DNA from: Candidatus Poribacteria bacterium
GTDB taxonomy: Bacteria; Poribacteria; WGA-4E; PCPOR2b
Assembly: GCA_965116925.1 (NCBI GenBank)
Contig: OZ220744.1
Location: 4,864,001 to 4,928,000 of the forward strand
Length of the DNA: 64,000 bases
Direction of reading: 5' to 3'
Part shown: piece after piece, positions 40,342-50,381 of the stretch
Layout of the letters: each line of letters opens with the position of its first letter
How positions within the stretch are numbered: the first letter of the stretch is position 1
Made by a program: the position numbers and the translations under genes
The notes under the pieces: model-generated
The model's input: the letters and a program-made list of their open reading frames with translations, nothing else
The model's database searches: none
Told to the model about the DNA's origin: nothing

Positions 40342-41433
40342 ATGAAATTGGAAGATTACCGCGATTTGCTGGATCAGATTGATAATAAGATTTTAGCCCT
40401 CTTACAGCAACGGGCAACTATTGTCAAGCGTGTCGGTGAGCTCAAATCGAGCACCGGTGTTGAACAGATTTATGCGCCACATCGAGAGCGGGAAATTCTC
40501 TCCCGGTTGGAAACGCAGAATCGAGGACAATTCCCCTCCGATGCGCTACACAAGATTTATACCGAAATTATCTCTGCCTGCCGTGCGCTCGAAAGACCGT
40601 TATCCATCGCCTTCCTTGGTCCTGCTGGTAGCTTTGGTCACACGGCGGGTTCGCATTTTTTTGGCACGTCAGTAGAATTTATCGCGGTAACACCCCAGCC
40701 CGACATTTTTACAACGGTCGAGTCCGGTCAAGCCGATTACGGCGTTGTCGCGATTGAAAACTCCACGCACGGAACAGTCCGTGATGTTTTAGAGATGTTC
40801 CAGTACACAAATCTTCAAATTTGTGGGGAGTGCTTTTTACCAATCAAGCAGCATCTCCTCTCAAAATCTCCGCTATCAGAAATTAAAAAGATTTACTCCC
40901 ATCCGCAAGCATTTGCACAATGTCGTCAATGGCTAGGTCACAATATGTCAGGTGTACATCAAATTGAGGTTTCTAGCACGTCAGAGGCAGCGGAATTGGC
41001 TGCCAGCGAACCAAATGCAGCAGCAATAGCGGGGCAACTCGCCGGTGACATTTATGGACTATCTGTGGTAGGTGCATCAATCATGGATGGACCAAACAAT
41101 ACGACGCGCTTCCTTGTTATTGGAAGCCACTCGGCAGCACCAACTGGAAATGACCGAACATCTATCATTTTCTCGGTTAAGGATAAAATTGGCGCGTTGT
41201 CGGAGGTGCTGGAGGTGTTGAAAAACTATGGAATCAATATGAGCAAGATTGAGTCTCTGCCCTCCCGCACCAAAGCGTGGGAGTATGTTTTCTTTGTAGA
41301 CTTGGATGGGCACGCGGAAGACGAAAATGTCCGAAAAACACTCGCAGAGATCAGGGAGTTGTGCGTGATGATGAAAATTCTGGGGACTTATCCGATTGGG
41401 GAACAGGGTGAGGAGGTATCTGGTAAATTCTAA
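40342..41433 (+). CDS. pheA: Chorismate mutase / prephenate dehydratase
   Basis: ID.ID..I..LL..R chorismate mutase domain; LGP.GSF, ENSTHG, SHPQA, NTTRF; ACT domain. Confidence 0.95.
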   Translation: MKLEDYRDLLDQIDNKILALLQQRATIVKRVGELKSSTGVEQIYAPHREREILSRLETQNRGQFPSDALHKIYTEIISACRALERPLSIAFLGPAGSFGHTAGSHFFGTSVEFIAVTPQPDIFTTVESGQADYGVVAIENSTHGTVRDVLEMFQYTNLQICGECFLPIKQHLLSKSPLSEIKKIYSHPQAFAQCRQWLGHNMSGVHQIEVSSTSEAAELAASEPNAAAIAGQLAGDIYGLSVVGASIMDGPNNTTRFLVIGSHSAAPTGNDRTSIIFSVKDKIGALSEVLEVLKNYGINMSKIESLPSRTKAWEYVFFVDLDGHAEDENVRKTLAEIRELCVMMKILGTYPIGEQGEEVSGKF

Positions 41434-41440
41434 TTAACCC

Positions 41441-42562
41441 TTACAGCCAGTAAATTAGGATTAAAATCAGGTTTACCAAACTGTGCATGATTATGCACGG
41501 GATTAGTGATTTTGTCCGAATGTACAGCCATGCAAGGGTAAGTCCCATGAAAAACATCGGAACTCCACCCAAAATTAACGGCACGAAAGAACGGAGGTAT
41601 CCGTGGAATATCGCAAAAAGGAGTGCACTGAGTACCATTCCTTTAGTCTGACCGAATCGACCGGCGAAACCGATATACGCAATTCCTCGAAAGAGAATCT
41701 CTTTCCCCACCGGCATTAGAATCAACATCACAAAACCGAGGAGGATTACTGTGCTATCTCCGAGGTTTTCTGGCATACTGTTCGACCATTGCTGCTGTTC
41801 CCATTGAACCAATTTTCCCAGTCCTTCTAGGGGTATTTCTTGGCTGAGCCAACTTATCCCTTGCATAAAACCTACCGCAACAAAAGCTAAAGCGGGTGCG
41901 AGCAATAGCGGTAATCCAAAGTCGGTAAGGTTGCCGCTGTACCCTAACCCAATAGACTTTATAGTCCTGCGATAGCGACCAGTGATGCAGAAAAAAGATA
42001 GCCAAATCAGCACATTGCCAATCACTAGCTTAATGCTCCAGAAGTAAGAAGCTGGAAGCGCAGTTACAGCGTCTGCTTCCGTCAGCACCTCAAGCCCTAC
42101 CCCCATCAAGATTGCGACATAACGCGCGACCTCTTGGAATAGAAAAGTTATTAGAAAAATGACTACCGGGTCTGATGGGTTAAAATAGCCGTGCAGCCTC
42201 GCAACTGTTTCTTCCGCTGTGTAGAACTGGTCACAGCGTCCACATTTGCGTGACCATGCCCGGTTATCTCGTTGACATTTAGGGCAGGTCCAGATAAGTT
42301 CGGGCATCTGATTCCAAAAGTAAAGAGGAAAGAACGCTAGCGGAAGGAAAAAGGTGCCCAAAGCCCAAAACCCAGATCGCTCTTGCAGTCTACTATCATT
42401 GTACACCCAAAGGGCAAGACCGCCGTTAATAATCATGCCCAAAAGTAGCACGTATAAGCCCCCGATAGGATCGGGATTCAAAGCAACTTGCATTGGTAGA
42501 TTCCATGACTCCACTGACGAAGATTTGGCGGGCATGGTAACATATCCAAACTCGCCTGTCAA
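41441..42562 (-). CDS. CPBP/Abi family intramembrane protease with N-terminal zinc ribbon
   Basis: KEILFRG, FAIFH and HSLVN motifs; WTCPKC...CGRC. Confidence 0.75.
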   Translation of the reverse strand: MTGEFGYVTMPAKSSSVESWNLPMQVALNPDPIGGLYVLLLGMIINGGLALWVYNDSRLQERSGFWALGTFFLPLAFFPLYFWNQMPELIWTCPKCQRDNRAWSRKCGRCDQFYTAEETVARLHGYFNPSDPVVIFLITFLFQEVARYVAILMGVGLEVLTEADAVTALPASYFWSIKLVIGNVLIWLSFFCITGRYRRTIKSIGLGYSGNLTDFGLPLLLAPALAFVAVGFMQGISWLSQEIPLEGLGKLVQWEQQQWSNSMPENLGDSTVILLGFVMLILMPVGKEILFRGIAYIGFAGRFGQTKGMVLSALLFAIFHGYLRSFVPLILGGVPMFFMGLTLAWLYIRTKSLIPCIIMHSLVNLILILIYWL

Positions 42563-42717
42563 TGGTCATCAGCTGCTATTTTGATCTTCACATCGCTGCA
42601 ATAGGTGTGTTATAATCAACCTGATTGGTTCATTGGACTGATGAACCTAATACATTGTGCTCTAAATAGAATTTCAATAGATAGCAATTTGGGGTTTTTA
42701 TATCGTTGGGGGAAAAA

Positions 42718-43671
42718 ATGGTTACTTTAGGTGCTGGAGATTTTAGATATCAAGTATCAGGCGAAGATTGGGGTAACATACCCGAAGATTGGACTTATAA
42801 AGAAGCCACCGCTGTCGCTGTTGATGCAGATGATAATGTTTACGTCTTTAATCGTGGTACACACCCGATGGTTGTTTTCAACTCGGACGGCGATGTGCTT
42901 CAGACATGGGGGGATGGTATATTCGCCAATCCACACGGTGTAACAATTGGTCCTGACGGTTCGGTCTATTGTGTTGATAACGGAGATCACACCGTTCGTC
43001 AGTTCACGCCCGATGGAAAACTCTTGATGACCCTCGGTCAACCCAATCAACCTTCTTCCCCGATGAGTGGCGAACCCTTCAACCTTCCGACGCATTTGGC
43101 AATCGATCCGCGTAACGGTGACCTGTATGTAGCTGATGGATATGCCAACGCACGGGTTCATAGATTTAGTCCTGATGGGCGACATCTGTCTTCTTGGGGA
43201 GAGTCAGGCACAGGTGAGGGACAGTTCAACATCGTCCATAACATCACAACCGATAGAGATGGATGGGTATACATTGCTGACCGTGAGAACCATCGGGTAC
43301 AGGTATTCTCTCCCGAGGGCAAGTATGAAACACAGTGGTTGAACTTGTCTAGGGCTGCTTGTATCTGTTTGGATACTAGCGATGAACCGTTGGTGTATGT
43401 GGGTGAGTATTTTGGTGGTATTGCGTCGAATAAAATGGGCACACAATTAGGACCCCGAGTCAGCATTATGGACACAAAGGGGAATGTATTGGCACAACTG
43501 AGCGACGAATCTTATGGAGATGAGCCCGGACGGTTCTACTCACCGCACGGAATCGCTGTCGATTCTAAGGGGAATATCTATGTCGCCGAAGTCTCTTGGA
43601 GCGATTATGGCAGCCAGATGGATCCGCCTAGAGAACTGCGCTCGCTCCAGAAGTTAGTGAAGCAGGGTTGA
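42718..43671 (+). CDS. NHL-repeat protein (peptidyl-alpha-hydroxyglycine lyase-like)
   Basis: VYVFNRG, PHG, YVADGY.N.RV and ADRENHRVQVF motifs. Confidence 0.85.
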   Translation: MVTLGAGDFRYQVSGEDWGNIPEDWTYKEATAVAVDADDNVYVFNRGTHPMVVFNSDGDVLQTWGDGIFANPHGVTIGPDGSVYCVDNGDHTVRQFTPDGKLLMTLGQPNQPSSPMSGEPFNLPTHLAIDPRNGDLYVADGYANARVHRFSPDGRHLSSWGESGTGEGQFNIVHNITTDRDGWVYIADRENHRVQVFSPEGKYETQWLNLSRAACICLDTSDEPLVYVGEYFGGIASNKMGTQLGPRVSIMDTKGNVLAQLSDESYGDEPGRFYSPHGIAVDSKGNIYVAEVSWSDYGSQMDPPRELRSLQKLVKQG

Positions 43672-43756
43672 AAAACGTGAAACGTGATGCGTGAAACGTG
43701 AAAATCAGGGGTTACCCCGCCCCTACGATTTCTGTTACACTATATTCTTAGTATGA

Positions 43757-45171
43757 GTCAGTTACCCCGCCCTGAAGGGACGGGGCTTGTTTGAAGCGTC
43801 CGCCCAACGGGTCTTACAAAGTTTCGCGCTTCTGTCCCCTGACGGGGGATTTCGGGGTCGTTTGCAACCGACGCACCTCCACGCAAGGCTACAGCAGCCT
43901 TTTTGATATTTATCGCGGCGTTATGGTCTCTATTGAGGACCAACCCACAATGGGGACAATCATGGAGACGATCCGACAACTGTTTAGGCACAACTTCATT
44001 ACAACCGGAGCATTTCTGACTGGTATGGTGAGGCTTCACTTTCGTGAACTGCTTGCCGGCACTTGCAGCCTTGCTTTGCAGTTTCAATCGAAAGCTACCC
44101 CAGCCCGCGTCAGATATACTCTTGGCGAGGTAGTGGTTCTTCAACATATTGGTGATGGTCAGATTCTCTACAGCGACCTCATCACATCGTTCAAGGATAC
44201 GATGGGCTGCCTTGAACTGAAAATCCTTGCGCTGATTCGCTATCCGTTCATGGCAACGGGCGACAATCTCACGTTGTTTTGCTCGGCGGCGGCTCCCCTT
44301 TTTGCGGCGAGACAATACGCGTTGATGTTTGCCAAGTCGCTTTTCAGACTGACGATAATGGCGGGGGTTGGGGATATGTTCGCCATCCGAATCTACGGCA
44401 AACGAGTTAAGTCCCACATCTACGCCAATCGTCGTGTGGACAGGGACTTCTATAGGATCTGGCACTTCGACGCAGATAGTTACATACCAACCGCTGGCTC
44501 GCTTGATGACCGTCAGATTCTTGATGTTGCCATCGGCTAAGGGGCGGTGATAACGGATCTTGAGGTGTCCTATTTTCGGAACAACGACTTTGGCAAACTT
44601 ACGATGTACACTCCGGACCAGATGCTTGGACAGGTGGCTAAAGGTCATTGACCGGTATCGCCCTTCGCCTTTGAAGCGGGGGAAGCCCGGTGCCGCCCCG
44701 TTCTTGGCACGGCGGAAGAATGCTTTGTACGCTTTATCCAAACGGCGCATCGCATCTTGGAGAACATCCGCGTGAAGTCCTGCATAAGCCTTGGAGGCTG
44801 CTTTCAAGTCAGGTAAGGCGTTAGCTTGGGTCGTCCATTTGACAGAATCGTTATTTCGCTGGTAAGCGTCTATCCGCCACGCTAACGCTTGATTGTAGAG
44901 ATTTCTCAACAAGGCAAGCCAAACCAAAAAAGTATGTCGCTGTTTCGTCGTAGGATAGGCGCGATATTCATAACTCTTTTTCATAGGGGTTAGCTTTCTG
45001 GCTTTCATTCCTTTTCTACGAGGTGTAGGGGACATCCCGAAGGGTTCGGGATGGTAGAAATCCCCTACGAAAGCCATAAGAACTGTACCATATTTCACAC
45101 AACTTTTCAACGAAAAAGGAGCGCAGTTTCCTCCCCGCTCTAAAGAACGGGGTCTCCACTGCGAAGAGTTG
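43757..45171 (-). mobile_element. IS200/IS605-family element carrying only tnpB (IS1341-like)
   Basis: Left end (minus) TTCAT|caactcttcgcagtggagaccccgttctttagagcggggaggaaactgcg; right end aagccccgtcccttcagggcggggtaactgac; no tnpA inside. Confidence 0.85.
43758..44984 (-). CDS. tnpB: RNA-guided endonuclease TnpB
   Basis: YEYRAYPT HTH; GFPRFK; RuvC GVDVG, AVENL and RDHNAA; CSGC/CPHC zinc finger; probable ATG 44984. Confidence 0.95.
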   Translation of the reverse strand: MKKSYEYRAYPTTKQRHTFLVWLALLRNLYNQALAWRIDAYQRNNDSVKWTTQANALPDLKAASKAYAGLHADVLQDAMRRLDKAYKAFFRRAKNGAAPGFPRFKGEGRYRSMTFSHLSKHLVRSVHRKFAKVVVPKIGHLKIRYHRPLADGNIKNLTVIKRASGWYVTICVEVPDPIEVPVHTTIGVDVGLNSFAVDSDGEHIPNPRHYRQSEKRLGKHQRVLSRRKKGSRRRAKQREIVARCHERIANQRKDFQFKAAHRILERCDEVAVENLTITNMLKNHYLAKSISDAGWGSFRLKLQSKAASAGKQFTKVKPHHTSQKCSGCNEVVPKQLSDRLHDCPHCGLVLNRDHNAAINIKKAAVALRGGASVANDPEIPRQGTEARNFVRPVGRTLQTSPVPSGRGN

Positions 45172-45329
45172 ATGAAGATTTATTCTCAATATCCCCGTTT
45201 TACTAGGAGTGCGATGGTGTCCGTATATCGCTATATGTTCGGTTTTTGCTTGACCAGTCTTCCCCCAAGTGATATGATTATGACACCTCAGAACCTTTGA
45301 TTGAAACAGGAGGGAATCTCTAGTCGGAA

Positions 45330-45932
45330 ATGGCAAGACGCAAGCGCAGAAGCCGGACCGCATCAGTGCCAAAGGTAGCTAGGTCCCCAACGGTGGATAA
45401 GCAGCCGCAGGATTGCACTGAGAGACCTTTTCGTATTCGGCTCTATAGTGATCCGGTACTGCGAGAAAAAGCACTCCCCGTTCAGGAAATCACAGATGTT
45501 GAACGGAAACTTGCAGCGGATATGCTAACCACGATGTATACTTCGCCGATTGGCGTGGGGCTGGCGGCACCGCAGGTTGGAATTTTGAAGCGACTGATTG
45601 TGATTGATCTGGACCGAGACGATCCGGAAGAGGCTCCATTGGTGCTGTTTAACCCGAAAATTCATAGCCTAGCGGGTGAGACCACTGAGGAAGAAGGGTG
45701 CTTGAGTTTTCCCGGTATTACCGCAGACGTAAAACGGGCAGCGAAGGCAGTTGTGACAGCGCAAGATATCGACGGTGAGCCAATTCGGATCGAAGGGGAA
45801 GACTTACTCGCTCGCGCTCTACAGCATGAAATAGATCATCTCGATGGTATCTTGTTCATTGATCGCGTCAGCGGTCTGAGACGGCAACTCCTCCGTGGGA
45901 AACTAAGAAAGCTTCAATATTCGCAACAGTAA
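45330..45932 (+). CDS. def: Peptide deformylase
   Basis: GVGLAAPQVG, EGCLS and QHEIDHLDG motifs. Confidence 0.95.
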   Translation: MARRKRRSRTASVPKVARSPTVDKQPQDCTERPFRIRLYSDPVLREKALPVQEITDVERKLAADMLTTMYTSPIGVGLAAPQVGILKRLIVIDLDRDDPEEAPLVLFNPKIHSLAGETTEEEGCLSFPGITADVKRAAKAVVTAQDIDGEPIRIEGEDLLARALQHEIDHLDGILFIDRVSGLRRQLLRGKLRKLQYSQQ

Positions 45933-45952
45933 AAATCAGAAAGGTCAAACAG

Positions 45953-46804
45953 ATGTCGGAAACAGAAAAATATCCAGATATTGATCAGAAGCTAGATCAT
46001 CTCGATCGGCTATTAAAATCTTACGGAAAAGTTATCGTCGCATTCTCTGGTGGAGTAGACAGCACCTTTCTGGCAGAAGCTGCAAAACGAGCATTGGGCG
46101 ATAATGCCCTCGCTGTGACAGCCGTTTCTGACTCCTACCCGGAGCGCGAAATGAAAGCAGCACAGGACATCGCCAAGCAGATTCGCATCCGTTATGAAAC
46201 AATAAATACCGACGAATTGGAAACCGAGGGTTATGCGAGCAACCCGACTAACCGCTGCTTTTTTTGCAAGACCGAACTCTTTGAACAAATTCGTCCAATC
46301 GCGGAACAGTATAAGATTGGTACAACCGTCTACGGGGCAATTCCTGACGATGTAGGGGATCACCGTCCCGGTATGGATGCCGCTAAACAGATGGGGATTC
46401 AGGCACCGCTCATTGATGTGAACCTTACGAAGGCGGAGATCCGTGAAGTTTCAAAGCGTTGGAGTTTGCCGACGTGGGATAAACCTGCCTTTGCTTGCCT
46501 CTCCTCCCGTTTTCCTTACGGTACACGGATTACCCGCGAAAACCTACGCCTCGTTGACCGGGCGGAACAATTTTTGTTCGATCTGGGGATTCGCCAATTT
46601 CGTGTACGCCATCACGACACGCTCGCACGTATTGAGGTCAATCCACAAGAGATTGAGTTCGTCGCTGCCAAGTCAATTCGCACCCAGATTAACGAAAGAT
46701 TCAAATCGCTCGGATATGAGCATGTCGCTCTTGATTTGCAGGGGTATAGATCTGGGAGTTTGAACGAAGGGTTGCTGAACCTTTCAAAATTGACTGCCCA
46801 TTAG
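45953..46804 (+). CDS. larE: ATP-dependent sulfur transferase LarE
   Basis: AFSGGVDS, RCFFCK, RPG and ACLSSRFPYG motifs. Confidence 0.9.
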   Translation: MSETEKYPDIDQKLDHLDRLLKSYGKVIVAFSGGVDSTFLAEAAKRALGDNALAVTAVSDSYPEREMKAAQDIAKQIRIRYETINTDELETEGYASNPTNRCFFCKTELFEQIRPIAEQYKIGTTVYGAIPDDVGDHRPGMDAAKQMGIQAPLIDVNLTKAEIREVSKRWSLPTWDKPAFACLSSRFPYGTRITRENLRLVDRAEQFLFDLGIRQFRVRHHDTLARIEVNPQEIEFVAAKSIRTQINERFKSLGYEHVALDLQGYRSGSLNEGLLNLSKLTAH

Positions 46805-46816
46805 CAGGAACAACAG

Positions 46817-48154
46817 ATGCAACAGCCACAAACTCAACCAAATCCACAGCCTAACCCCCTTATCGGGTCCGAACTCTTTAGCTGGAAGAAATGGGATGCT
46901 TGTACCCACTGCGGGCTTTGTCTGCCAACCTGTCCGACCTACCGTGAATTGGGATTGGAGACCGATTCGCCACGCGGAAGGCTCTATCTGATGGGGGCGG
47001 CATTCAGGGATAACAACCCGATGCCGATCAATGACGACTGGGTAAAATATATCTACCGTTGTCTGGACTGCCGCGCCTGCGAAACGGCATGTCCTTCGGG
47101 TGTACATTTTGGCGAGGTTATCGAAGAAGCCCGTGCGATTTATGAGATGAACGCCGATCGTCCAACTGAACAACGGTTTTGGCGGCGTTTGGCTTTTAAG
47201 GAACTCTTACCCAATAAAGATCGCTTAGACTTCATCTTTGAAATGATGTGGTTGTATCAACGCCTTGGGATTCGCTGGCTGGTGCAAAAACTTGGGATTC
47301 TCAAACTGATGGGAAAGCTGGGAGAGATGGAGTCATTGCTGCCCGATATTCCCAATCCATCCCTCAAGGACAACCTGCGGGAGTTTACCCCCGCCAAGGG
47401 AGAGGCGAAGCATCGGGTCGGATTTATCTCTGGCTGTGTGATGAATCAGGTGTTCACCGAAACCAATCTGGCGACGATTCGCGTCTTGGCGGAAAACGGA
47501 TGCGACGTAATCACACCGGCACAGCAGATGTGCTGTGGAGCGTTGCATGTCCATAACGGTGTTCGAGACACAGCCTTAGAACTTGCTCGGCAAAATATCG
47601 ATGTCTTTGAAGCCGCAGAGGTGGAGGCGATCATAATTAATTCCGCAGGCTGTGGTGCGACACTAAAAGAGTATGAAGCTTTGATGGAACATGATCCCGT
47701 CTACTCCGAAAGGGCAAAGGTATTTAGCAGCAAGATGCGGGATATCAGTGAGTTTCTCGCGGAGATTGAAATGACACCCCCCGAAGGAGAGATCAACCGA
47801 CGTGTGACGTATGATGAACCGTGTCACCTCGTCCACGGGCAAAAGGTCCAATCCCAACCCCGCACAGTGCTCCAATCGATTCCGGGGTTAGAATTGGTGG
47901 AGTTGACCGAATCAGAATGGTGCTGTGGCAGTGCGGGCATTTATAATATCACGCAGCCAGAGATGTCGCGTGAAATTCTGGAGCGTAAGATAAAGCACAT
48001 CGCTGAGACAGATGCTGAAATTGTTGCGACAGGGAATCCCGGCTGTATTCTACAGATCCAACTTGGCATTAAAGCGAATGAATTGCCCATGAAGGTGATG
48101 CACCCAATCGAACTTCTCGACCAGTCATACCGGGGCATTGATCCACTCGGATAG
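46817..48154 (+). CDS. glcF: Glycolate oxidase Fe-S subunit GlcF-like
   Basis: Two CxxCxxCxxxCP motifs, SPRGR, two CCG domains. Confidence 0.85.
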   Translation: MQQPQTQPNPQPNPLIGSELFSWKKWDACTHCGLCLPTCPTYRELGLETDSPRGRLYLMGAAFRDNNPMPINDDWVKYIYRCLDCRACETACPSGVHFGEVIEEARAIYEMNADRPTEQRFWRRLAFKELLPNKDRLDFIFEMMWLYQRLGIRWLVQKLGILKLMGKLGEMESLLPDIPNPSLKDNLREFTPAKGEAKHRVGFISGCVMNQVFTETNLATIRVLAENGCDVITPAQQMCCGALHVHNGVRDTALELARQNIDVFEAAEVEAIIINSAGCGATLKEYEALMEHDPVYSERAKVFSSKMRDISEFLAEIEMTPPEGEINRRVTYDEPCHLVHGQKVQSQPRTVLQSIPGLELVELTESEWCCGSAGIYNITQPEMSREILERKIKHIAETDAEIVATGNPGCILQIQLGIKANELPMKVMHPIELLDQSYRGIDPLG

Positions 48155-48227
48155 ACCGCAATATGAAATCTATCAATTCGCAATGCACACATTGCGGCGA
48201 AAATACTTTATACCTAGACCATTAGCT

Positions 48228-49367
48228 ATGAAAATCACAGATGTTCAGACTTTTATTGTTGGGAATCCGTGGAAAAACTGGGTGTTTATCAAACTTCACA
48301 CCGATGATGGCGTTTACGGAGTTGGTGAGGCGACAAGCCATCGTAAAGCGAAAACGGCAGAAACCGCTGTCATCGAGATGCGCCGCTATTACCTCGGTCG
48401 CGATCCGTTCAACACGGAAGAAATTTACGAAGAACTTACAAAGGGGAGTGCCCCTTTCTATGTAAAAGCAGCGGTGGACATGGCATGTTGGGACATCATC
48501 GGTAAGACAGTTCAGCTACCGGTTTATCAACTAATCGGTGGAGCTTATCGAAATAGCATCCGCGCCTATGCTAACGGCTGGTATCAGGTAGACCGCATCC
48601 CTGAAGCGTTTGCTGAGAAAGCCAAAGCGGTTGTCGAGAAGGGCTATACTGCACTTAAATTCGATCCCTTTGGGAATGCTTACGGGCGAATTGCCCCTAG
48701 CGAGATTGATCTTTCAATCGATATTATTGCAGCGGTGCGGGATGCAGTCGGTCCCAATGTAGAACTACTCATTGAAGGGCATGGGCGCTTCGATCCGCTG
48801 CTCAGCGTGAAGATTGGGCACAGGCTGGAGGCGTTTGATCCGGGCTGGTTTGAGGAGCCGGTGCGCTCACCACAAATAGACGATCTCGCTTTCATCGCCT
48901 CTAAGCTGCCGTTTCCCATTGCGGCCGGCGAAGGGCTATCCGGCAAAGAAGCGTTTATGGAACTGCTAGATCGGAAGGCAGCGCAGATAATTCAGCCGGA
49001 TCCCATCCCCGCCGGCGGCATCACAGAAATGAAAAAGATCTGCGCCATTGCACACGCCTATCATGTGTCCGTCGCACCCCACAACGCACAAGGTCCTGTC
49101 TGTACTGCTGCGTGCCTCCATATCGATGCCTCAACGCCAAATGTTATGATCCAAGAGGTCTTTGAGGACTTTGCGACGCCCTTCGCTGAAAAGATTGTTG
49201 ATTATCCGATAGAGATCAAAGATGGCGATGTCATCATTCCGGACCGCCCCGGTTTAGGGATAGATCTCAACGAAGCGGAGATGGCAAAATACCCCTATGA
49301 CGAATCGTACTTCTTGGATATGTACGGGGAAGGTGGCTGGGAGAAGCGCAATTTGGGTAACGCATAA
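48228..49367 (+). CDS. Mandelate racemase/enolase superfamily dehydratase (DgoD-like)
   Basis: WDIIGK, YANGW, KFDPF, EGHGRF, FEEP, AGE and APHN motifs. Confidence 0.88.
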   Translation: MKITDVQTFIVGNPWKNWVFIKLHTDDGVYGVGEATSHRKAKTAETAVIEMRRYYLGRDPFNTEEIYEELTKGSAPFYVKAAVDMACWDIIGKTVQLPVYQLIGGAYRNSIRAYANGWYQVDRIPEAFAEKAKAVVEKGYTALKFDPFGNAYGRIAPSEIDLSIDIIAAVRDAVGPNVELLIEGHGRFDPLLSVKIGHRLEAFDPGWFEEPVRSPQIDDLAFIASKLPFPIAAGEGLSGKEAFMELLDRKAAQIIQPDPIPAGGITEMKKICAIAHAYHVSVAPHNAQGPVCTAACLHIDASTPNVMIQEVFEDFATPFAEKIVDYPIEIKDGDVIIPDRPGLGIDLNEAEMAKYPYDESYFLDMYGEGGWEKRNLGNA

Positions 49368-49382
49368 TAGGAGACAACACCG

Positions 49383-50345
49383 ATGATTCGCGTGATTAAG
49401 CCAGAGGGTTTTGGCAATATTCAGTTAGAAGATGCACCTATCCCTGAAATCGACAATCGTCAAGTTTTGGTGCGGACCGAACGGACGTTGATTAGCCGTG
49501 GTTCGGAACTGTTCCGTCGTTATATCAGCGAAGAAGCACTTCCGCATTCGATTATGGGATATTCCCTCACAGGCACCGTCGAGAAGGTCGGAGCCGATGT
49601 TACCGAGTATCAAATAGGGCAACGGGTGATGGCCGCTGCACCTCATGCACAATATGTAGTTGGCGATGCGGATTCGACGCGGGGGCATTTAGTCCCACTT
49701 CCCGACGATGTTTCCTTCGAGGCAGGTACGTTCCTTTTGCTTTCGACAGAGGCGACGGCGTGGGCGGCGTCGTCAGGGGCACAGGCGGGAGATACGATTG
49801 TCATTCTGGGTCAAGGCGTTGTGGGCAGCTTGATGCTGCAGATCCTGCGCGGATATGACCCCGCGAGAATCATCACGGTTGATGGGCTGTCGTTGCGCTG
49901 CCAACTCTCAAAGGGGTTGGGGGCGGATGCCGTGATTAATGCTTGGGAAGAGGATCCCGTTGAGGCGGTTCATCGTTTAACCGATGGGAAAGGTGCAGAT
50001 CTGGTCGTTGATTGTGTCGGTGGACATGCGGGTGTTAAATCATTTGATCAGGCGCAGGATATGGTTCGCAGGGGAGGCACGCTTCAGCTAATCGCATTAT
50101 ACCAAGGGGAACCATTGCCGTTACATTCATCAAAGATTATGAGCAAGCGGCTTGTGGCAGGTATTCTCGTCGATGAACCGCTTTCACAAACTGCGTTTCG
50201 GGCGTTGGAGCAGATTCGCACCGGAAAGATTCAAACCGATCGGATGATTACTCACCGTTTTCCATACGAGCAGGCAAAGGAAGCGTTTGATTTCTTGTGG
50301 AATACGCCGGGTGAAGCACTTGCGGTCTTGTTGGTTTGGAGGTAA
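49383..50345 (+). CDS. MDR (zinc-binding dehydrogenase-like) oxidoreductase
   Basis: ISRGSE, GYS and GQGVVG motifs; lacks the canonical GHE zinc ligand. Confidence 0.8.
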   Translation: MIRVIKPEGFGNIQLEDAPIPEIDNRQVLVRTERTLISRGSELFRRYISEEALPHSIMGYSLTGTVEKVGADVTEYQIGQRVMAAAPHAQYVVGDADSTRGHLVPLPDDVSFEAGTFLLLSTEATAWAASSGAQAGDTIVILGQGVVGSLMLQILRGYDPARIITVDGLSLRCQLSKGLGADAVINAWEEDPVEAVHRLTDGKGADLVVDCVGGHAGVKSFDQAQDMVRRGGTLQLIALYQGEPLPLHSSKIMSKRLVAGILVDEPLSQTAFRALEQIRTGKIQTDRMITHRFPYEQAKEAFDFLWNTPGEALAVLLVWR

Positions 50346-50381
50346 CAATCAAGTTTTCATTGATACTACGGTGTGGGGTGC

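Noticed and set aside
43791..44540. 249-aa ORF antisense to tnpB, considered as tnpA
   Set aside because: No HUH/Y1 or serine recombinase motifs; shadow frame.
45172..45180. atgaagatt shared between the IS flank and the start of the 115-bp element
   Set aside because: Only 9 bp of AT-rich identity; similarity does not extend.
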